20,000 nt of DNA from an uncultured virus (IMG/VR IMGVR_UViG_3300036944_000233) (taxonomy: Duplodnaviria; Heunggongvirae; Uroviricota; Caudoviricetes), in the IMG/VR virus record IMGVR_UViG_3300036944_000233; one strand, given 5' to 3'. Both the position numbers and the translations under genes were made by a program. Below the pieces are notes generated by a model that ran no database searches, was not told the DNA's origin, and saw only the letters and a list, made by a program, of their open reading frames with translations. This document shows, in pieces, positions 14,419 through 20,000 of the stretch. Each line of letters begins with the position of its first letter. Positions within the stretch are counted from its first letter, which is position 1.

Positions 14419-15113
14419 CGACATCAGGAACAGCAAATTTTTCGATGGACCTCTCGGAAATCGTAGAGGAAGCGTTTGAGCGTGCGGGTTCGGAGTTGCG
14501 CTCTGGTTACGACTTAAGGACTGCCCGGCGTTCGCTCAACATCATGTTTGCTGAGTGGGCGAACAAAGGGTTGAATATGTTTACGTACGAGCAAGGCAGC
14601 ATCACGCTGGTGCCCGGTACGGCAACATATAACCTTCCCGCCGACACGGTCGATCTCCTAGAGCATGTAATCAGAACCGGCGCGGGTAATGCGGCTACGC
14701 AAGCAGACCTTACGATCACTCGTATCAGCGTCTCTACGTACGCTACGCTGCCCAACAAGCTACAACAGGCTCGCCCCATCCAAGTGTGGATCGAACGCCT
14801 GACTAGCGCCCCAAGAATTACCGTTTGGCCAGTGCCCGATAACTCCCAGACTTACACGTTCGTGTACTGGAGACTGCGCCGTATCCAGAACGCTGGAGAC
14901 GGTGTCAACACAATGGACATGCCGTTCCGGTTCATCCCCGCTATGGTGGCTGGTTTGGCTTACCACTTAGCGATGAAAATCCCAAGTGGCGCGGAGCGTT
15001 TGCCGATTCTCAAGCAGCAATACGATGAAGCATGGCAGCTCGCTTCTGAAGAAGACCGCGAAAAAGCCGCTGTGCGTTTCGTACCTCGACGACAGTACAT
15101 CGGGGGTTCCTAA
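14415..15113 (+). CDS. Probable head-tail adaptor / tail tubular protein (232 aa)
   Basis: GGAGG RBS, ATG 14415; EIVEEAFERAG...ARRSLN...EWANKG, YNLPADTVDLLE, VWPVPD, GLAYHLAMK. The ORF-track start at 14322 is too long. Confidence 0.7.
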   Translation: MTTSGTANFSMDLSEIVEEAFERAGSELRSGYDLRTARRSLNIMFAEWANKGLNMFTYEQGSITLVPGTATYNLPADTVDLLEHVIRTGAGNAATQADLTITRISVSTYATLPNKLQQARPIQVWIERLTSAPRITVWPVPDNSQTYTFVYWRLRRIQNAGDGVNTMDMPFRFIPAMVAGLAYHLAMKIPSGAERLPILKQQYDEAWQLASEEDREKAAVRFVPRRQYIGGS

Positions 15114-15502
15114 TGGGTAACCGCTTTGCCTCTGGTAAGAACGCGATTGCCGAGTGCGACCGTTGTGGCCAACGGTATAAGCTCACGCAGTTGCGCATGG
15201 AGATTGTTAAGACCAAGAACTACAACCTCTTGGTCTGCCAAGAATGCTGGGACCCAGACCATCCGCAGCTTCAGCTGGGCATGTACCCGGTTGATGACCC
15301 GCAAGGTTTGCGCAACCCTCGGCCTGACCGCAGTTACATAACTTCCGGGTTGACCTCTGATGGAACTCTGGGAGAAGGCAGCCGAATCTTTCAATGGGGC
15401 TGGAACCCGGTTGGTGGGTCCAGTGGTTTCGATGCCGCTCTGACGCCGAACAGCTTGGCAATGAGTGTGCAAATTGGTACAGTCACGATAGTAACGACAT
15501 AA
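15113..15502 (+). CDS. Conserved protein with CxxC...CxxC zinc-ribbon motif (129 aa)
   Basis: CDRCG...CQECWD, followed by HPQLQLG and PQGLRNPRPD; TAATG coupling. Confidence 0.8.
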   Translation: MGNRFASGKNAIAECDRCGQRYKLTQLRMEIVKTKNYNLLVCQECWDPDHPQLQLGMYPVDDPQGLRNPRPDRSYITSGLTSDGTLGEGSRIFQWGWNPVGGSSGFDAALTPNSLAMSVQIGTVTIVTT

Positions 15503-15512
15503 GGAGGCCATC

Positions 15513-15695
15513 ATGGCTTACAAATCAGCAGCAGACGGTGTCGCCTCCAAGGGCAAAACCAACGTCAAAGTCATGGCCAACGACGGCCCTACCGCTCCTA
15601 ATCCTCGTGGTGGCAAAGGCGGTAAGGGTGGTCCTACTGGCCAACAGATGCGGGCCGTTGGCCGTAACATGGCTCGCGCCAACAACCAAAAGTGA
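15513..15695 (+). CDS. Small basic G/K-rich protein (60 aa)
   Basis: AAGGAGG RBS; ADGVASKGKT motif; C-terminal MRAVGRNMARANNQK. Confidence 0.8.
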   Translation: MAYKSAADGVASKGKTNVKVMANDGPTAPNPRGGKGGKGGPTGQQMRAVGRNMARANNQK

Positions 15696-15702
15696 GAACA
15701 TC

Positions 15703-15984
15703 ATGGCCGATTACAGCCAAAAAATGATGGGTAAAGAAGTTGGTTCTGCCAGCGTCTATGCCAAGCCACACACGATGGACGGAAAAACCATGAACAAAGC
15801 CCCCGCAGATTTCGGCACAAACCCCGGCTCTCCTCCTAACCGCAGCAAAGTGGAGACATACAACCCCACAATTGGCAGCATCAGCAAGTCTGCTGGGAGT
15901 GAGCCGATCAAAACCTCTGGCATCAAGATGCGCGGTACTGGCGCGGCCACCAAAGGTGTGATGTCTCGAGGCCCGATGGCATGA
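15703..15984 (+). CDS. Small basic protein (93 aa)
   Basis: ATG 15703 after GAG; ends KTSGIKMRGTGAATKGVMSRGPMA. The ORF-track start at 15394 is too long. Confidence 0.75.
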   Translation: MADYSQKMMGKEVGSASVYAKPHTMDGKTMNKAPADFGTNPGSPPNRSKVETYNPTIGSISKSAGSEPIKTSGIKMRGTGAATKGVMSRGPMA

Positions 15985-16679
15985 ACTACACCGAGTTGTT
16001 TAACTCGATACAAACGTACACCGAGAACCAATTCCCGGTGGTGTACTTGGCCGATGGCTCAACTGTGTCCGCAGCGACGCAGATCAACACCATAATTGAG
16101 CAGGCGGAGCAGCGCATCTACAACTCGATGCAGTTCCCGTCGGTGCGCAAGAACGTGACGGGCTTGGTCTCGACAACAACGCCGTACCTGTCTTCGCCCG
16201 ATGACTTCTTGTCGGTATACTCCTTGGCGGCCATAGACGCTTCGGGCAACTACAACTACTTGCTGAACAAGGATGTGAACTTCATCCGCGAGGCGTACCC
16301 CAGCCCCTCCAGCGTTGGGCTGCCTAAATATTACGCACTGTTTGGCCCGACAACCACAGCAGGCGGCGTGATCACGACAGAGCTGTCGTTCATTCTTGGC
16401 CCCAAACCGGATGCAAGCTACGTCGTGGAGCTGCACTATTACTACTACCCTGAGTCCATCGTGACAGCAGGTACGACTTGGCTGGGCGACAACTTTGACA
16501 CCGTGCTGTTGTATGGCTCCTTGGTTGAGGCTTATACCTTTATGAAAGGTGAGACTGACCTGCTTGCTGTCTACGATGGCAAGTACAAAGAGGCACTTGC
16601 TCTGGCCAAACGTCTGGCCGACGGCCTTGAGAGACAAGACGCTTACCGGTCCGGTCAATACAGACAGGCGGTGACCTGA
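15981..16679 (+). CDS. Probable second adaptor/neck protein (232 aa)
   Basis: MNYTELFNSIQTYTE...IEQAEQRIY, PDDFL, GLPKYYA, GPKPDASYVVELHYY and LLYGSLVEAYTFMKG; adaptor-like pattern paralleling 14415-15113. Confidence 0.7.
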   Translation: MNYTELFNSIQTYTENQFPVVYLADGSTVSAATQINTIIEQAEQRIYNSMQFPSVRKNVTGLVSTTTPYLSSPDDFLSVYSLAAIDASGNYNYLLNKDVNFIREAYPSPSSVGLPKYYALFGPTTTAGGVITTELSFILGPKPDASYVVELHYYYYPESIVTAGTTWLGDNFDTVLLYGSLVEAYTFMKGETDLLAVYDGKYKEALALAKRLADGLERQDAYRSGQYRQAVT

Positions 16680-17104
16680 TGGCTTTCACAGGAAACTTTT
16701 CGTGCAATTCGTTCAAAACGGGCATGATGAACGGGACGTTTAACTTCACGTCCGGCGCGTTCAAGATTGCCCTTTACACGAACGCTGCATCGCTTGACGC
16801 AGCCACCACGGCATACACCACCACTGGCGAGGTCGTGGCAGCAGGCTACGCAGCAGGTGGGTTGGCCTTGACCGTCACGCAGGTCCCCACGACGGGCGGC
16901 TCGGGCACCACGGTGTACGTCTCGTTTGGCAACGCCTCTTGGACCGGCGCAATCACGGCGCGTGGTGCTCTGATCTACCAAAGCGGCGGGGGCAACCCGG
17001 CTGTGTGCGTCTTGGACTTCGGGTCTGACAAGTCCTCCTCCACCACGTTCACCGTGCAGTTCCCAGCCGTCTCAAACACCTCGGCCATCATAAGGATTGC
17101 GTAA
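16679..17104 (+). CDS. Conserved tail-associated structural protein (141 aa)
   Basis: FKIALYT...TTAYT...EV...GYAAGG, ARGALIY and VLDFGSDK; TGATG coupling. Confidence 0.7.
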   Translation: MAFTGNFSCNSFKTGMMNGTFNFTSGAFKIALYTNAASLDAATTAYTTTGEVVAAGYAAGGLALTVTQVPTTGGSGTTVYVSFGNASWTGAITARGALIYQSGGGNPAVCVLDFGSDKSSSTTFTVQFPAVSNTSAIIRIA

Positions 17105-18915
17105 TGGCAAACCGGTACTGGGTTGGCGGGACGGGGACGTGGGACGCCTCATCCACGACAAACTGGTCCGCCACAAGCGGAGGCGCGTCCGGGGCCTCTG
17201 TGCCAACCGCAGCCGACGTGGCCATATTTGACCAAGCCGCCACGTACACAGTGACCATCAGCGGGACCGGCAGCCGAACGGCTCTGACATTATTGAACAC
17301 AGCTGGAACCGTCACGTTTACGGGCACCACGGCGTTGGCCGTTGGGGGTTTGACATTGACGGCAACAGCGGTATGGAGCAACACTGGCGCATTGAACTTC
17401 TCGGTTGCGGGGACTCATACGATTGATACAAAAAATGTCTTGGTAGGGGTTTCGACATTTTCAGCAAGTGCGTCTTCATGGACACTAGCGTCAAACTTTC
17501 GTGCATCAGGCACATCTCGTCTTTCGGCGGGCACACTGGACCTAAACGGGTTTACCCTGACATCGGATCAGTTCTATGCAGACACCGGCAGCGCGGCCCG
17601 CACGCTGGCATTTGGGTCAACGGGGCAGATCACCGTTACAGGGCTTGTAACAAGCGTGATTGTTGATTTTTACAACTCATCCTTTCCCTCCGCCCTTACG
17701 ATGACGGGCTCCAAACGCGTCAATATCTCAAGCGCAAGAACGGTTGTCGCTCTCGCGGATTTAGGGTCGTACGAAGTTGACCTGTACGTAACGCAAGGGG
17801 CTTATTCGTTGGGTGTATCCGGGAGCGCGGTAGTTCGAAATGCGGATTTCACAGGCTTTACCGGGTCTGTTGGAGGCTCGATGGACCTTACCGGGAATTT
17901 GATCTTAGGCGCAGGTATGTCTGAGGGTGACGGAACACTGTCTTTAACAACTTCAGGTACAGGGCTGCAAACCATTACGTCTAATGGGCGTGTTGTTATA
18001 AGTTATTTAAGGGCTATTGGTACCGGCACAGTGCAACTTCAAGACGCGCTCACCTTTAAGCCTGATGGCTCTTTGGAAATGAACAACGGCGTACTGGATT
18101 TAAACGGGTTTGCGATGGAGGTATGGCAAGCAAATTTATTTAGTTACGACGATTTTGGAGACCCAACCACCCCAGAATTGAGAATGGGCTCTGGGAGCTT
18201 GAGAGTTGAGTACGGATTAGGTTTAGATGGAGGGTTGTGGGATGAGGGATACCTGCTCCCAACAATTACGGGTCCCGGCACAATTGAGCTTTTTTCCGAC
18301 ACTGAGGATTTTTATGTAGGAGTCATTGGGTGGTTAGTTACCGACCCCTTAGACCCCCGAGTAGCAGCTTTCCCGACAGTGCGGCACACAGGGTCCAGCC
18401 CTATGAGCGTGATAGGTAACAACACTTTTCAATCGTTTGAAAGCCTGAGTGCCGCTGGCAGCGTGACGTTCATATTTGGGGAAACCAGTACGTTTGGCTC
18501 ATTCAACATGTCGGGTGCGCCCGGTAATTTAAAGACCCTCACTGCTGGAGATGGCGGATACATACCGGGCACCCAAGCCACCTTGATCAAAGGCTCGCCT
18601 TGGCTTGTGGGCGCGAACAGCATTGACGATGGCAACAATACGGGCCTGACCTTTGCCAGTGGCGGCGGCATTGACTATCTGGTCATCAGCAACATCCGCA
18701 CGACAGACACCCCAATCCCAGTCGAGGGGTGGATTCTGATTAATGACAGCCAAACAGCGAACTGGCAAAATGCCAACAATACGCAAACGTCAAACTGGCA
18801 AAATGCCAGCAACGCACAGACGCCAAACTGGCAAAACATCATCGACACCCAGACGCCAAACTGGCAGAACATCATTGATGCGCAGTCGCCGGGCTGGACT
18901 CCGACAAACCAATAA
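17104..18915 (+). CDS. Large Gly/Thr/Ser-rich virion protein (603 aa), probably beta-helical fibre/adhesin
   Basis: MANRYWVGGTGTWD N-terminus; internal repeats GTLDLNGFTL and GVLDLNGFAM; C-terminal 11-residue Trp repeats. Confidence 0.65.
   Translation: MANRYWVGGTGTWDASSTTNWSATSGGASGASVPTAADVAIFDQAATYTVTISGTGSRTALTLLNTAGTVTFTGTTALAVGGLTLTATAVWSNTGALNFSVAGTHTIDTKNVLVGVSTFSASASSWTLASNFRASGTSRLSAGTLDLNGFTLTSDQFYADTGSAARTLAFGSTGQITVTGLVTSVIVDFYNSSFPSALTMTGSKRVNISSARTVVALADLGSYEVDLYVTQGAYSLGVSGSAVVRNADFTGFTGSVGGSMDLTGNLILGAGMSEGDGTLSLTTSGTGLQTITSNGRVVISYLRAIGTGTVQLQDALTFKPDGSLEMNNGVLDLNGFAMEVWQANLFSYDDFGDPTTPELRMGSGSLRVEYGLGLDGGLWDEGYLLPTITGPGTIELFSDTEDFYVGVIGWLVTDPLDPRVAAFPTVRHTGSSPMSVIGNNTFQSFESLSAAGSVTFIFGETSTFGSFNMSGAPGNLKTLTAGDGGYIPGTQATLIKGSPWLVGANSIDDGNNTGLTFASGGGIDYLVISNIRTTDTPIPVEGWILINDSQTANWQNANNTQTSNWQNASNAQTPNWQNIIDTQTPNWQNIIDAQSPGWTPTNQ
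18730..18897 (+). repeat. 33-bp (11-aa) degenerate tandem repeat, xxxxQTxNWQN
   Basis: TGG codons at 18730, 18763, 18796, 18829, 18862 and 18895; AACTGGCA core in four consecutive units. Confidence 0.9.
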
Positions 18916-18924
18916 GGAACACTT

Positions 18925-20000
18925 ATGCCAAGCACGTACTCTCCCAACCTTGCCATCGAACTGATAGGCACGGGTGACCAAGCAGGCTCTTGGGGCACCT
19001 CAACAAACACCAACCTTGGCACGCTGATTGAGCAGGCCATCTCCGGGTACGTGACTCAGGCCATCACCGACGGCGCAGACACGGTGATCACGATCCCCAA
19101 CGGTGCCACTGGCGTCGCCCGGAACATGTTCATCGAATGCACGGGCACACTGACCGCTGCGCGAAACTTGATCGTCCCGGCCAACAAGAAGCTGTACTTC
19201 ATCTTCAACAACACGACTGGCGGTTTTGCAGTCACGGTGAAGGTCAGCGGCCAGACTGGCATCTCAGTGCCCAACGGCAAGAAGATGGTGCTGGTCAGCA
19301 ACGGCACAGACATTTTTGTGGCCACAAACCACATGGTCGGGACTTTGGTAGGCAACGTGACGGGGGACGTTACAGGCAACGTGAGCGGTTCTTCGGGATC
19401 GACCACAGGCAACGCTGCTACTGTAACCAATGGCGTGTACACCACAGGCGATCAGACCATTGGGGGCACCAAGACCTTCAGCGCTACAATTTCGGGCAGT
19501 GTGTCTGGTACTGCTGGTAACGTGGTGGGAGTTGTCGCTCTTGCCAACGGTGGTACAGGGGCAAATAGCGCCGCACTCGCACGCACCAGCTTGGGCACCA
19601 ACGACGCAGCAAATATAACGACTGGTAACCTCGCCGCAGCACGTATCACCACCGCACTCAACGCCACGGGTTCAGCGCCTATCTACGCTGCTCGGGCTTG
19701 GGTAAACTTTAACGGCACGGGCACCGTGGCGATCAGGGCCAGCGGCAACGTGACCAGCATCACGGACAATGGCACAGGTGACTACACTGTCAACTTTACG
19801 ACAGCGATGCCGGACATAAACTTTTCAGTTGCGGGATCGGCGGGTATCGATGAAATCTTAAGCGGCGACTCAGGCCGATTGTTTTCCGAGTTTGGTATGG
19901 CATCCCGCACCACATCCGCTTGCCGGGTTTGCACAGCCTACGTCTTCCAAGGGATTGACACCACAGTCGCCGCCGACTCGTCGGTTGTCTCAGTCACCAT
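18925..20000 (+). CDS. Tail fibre protein, 3'-truncated by the window; absent from ORF track
   Basis: AAGGA RBS, ATG 18925, no stop to the window end. MPSTYSPNLAIELIGTGDQAGSWGTSTNTNL anchor; GNVTGDVTGNV and ANGGTGA..ARTSLG shaft motifs; AWVNFNGTGTVAIRASGNVTSITDNGTGDYTVNF tip domain. Confidence 0.85.
   Translation, partial: MPSTYSPNLAIELIGTGDQAGSWGTSTNTNLGTLIEQAISGYVTQAITDGADTVITIPNGATGVARNMFIECTGTLTAARNLIVPANKKLYFIFNNTTGGFAVTVKVSGQTGISVPNGKKMVLVSNGTDIFVATNHMVGTLVGNVTGDVTGNVSGSSGSTTGNAATVTNGVYTTGDQTIGGTKTFSATISGSVSGTAGNVVGVVALANGGTGANSAALARTSLGTNDAANITTGNLAAARITTALNATGSAPIYAARAWVNFNGTGTVAIRASGNVTSITDNGTGDYTVNFTTAMPDINFSVAGSAGIDEILSGDSGRLFSEFGMASRTTSACRVCTAYVFQGIDTTVAADSSVVSVT

Noticed and set aside
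19680..20000. Diversity-generating retroelement variable region in the tail-fibre tip
   Set aside because: No template repeat or reverse transcriptase in the window, so it cannot be supported here.

Overview
Virion-morphogenesis region of a tailed dsDNA phage, with gene order resembling uncultured freshwater podo-like phages. The host cannot be determined from this window. Almost all genes are on the + strand and tightly coupled: 3' part of the portal, small conserved gene, GroES-like co-chaperonin, probable scaffold, hypothetical, probable capsid-associated protein, major capsid protein and a UUCG terminator. Next come a putative head-spike base/fibre pair, a fibre-like gene with small partners, a cluster of small K/G/A-rich basic proteins, adaptor/neck-type genes and Gly/Thr/Ser-rich tail or fibre proteins; the last runs off the window. 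Four free-standing homing-endonuclease insertions of three families sit at gene junctions: GIY-YIG, two NUMOD4-HNH (one antisense) and a 47-codon LAGLIDADG remnant missing from the ORF track. The most unusual signals are (1) a promoter-proximal ~75-nt leader with three interlocking helices ending at an RBS (6687-6762), (2) an HNH gene that duplicates and is fused to the last codons of its neighbour (RWKC-stop twice), and (3) short peptide motifs shared across several small basic proteins. Family assignments come from motif recognition only; no database search was run.
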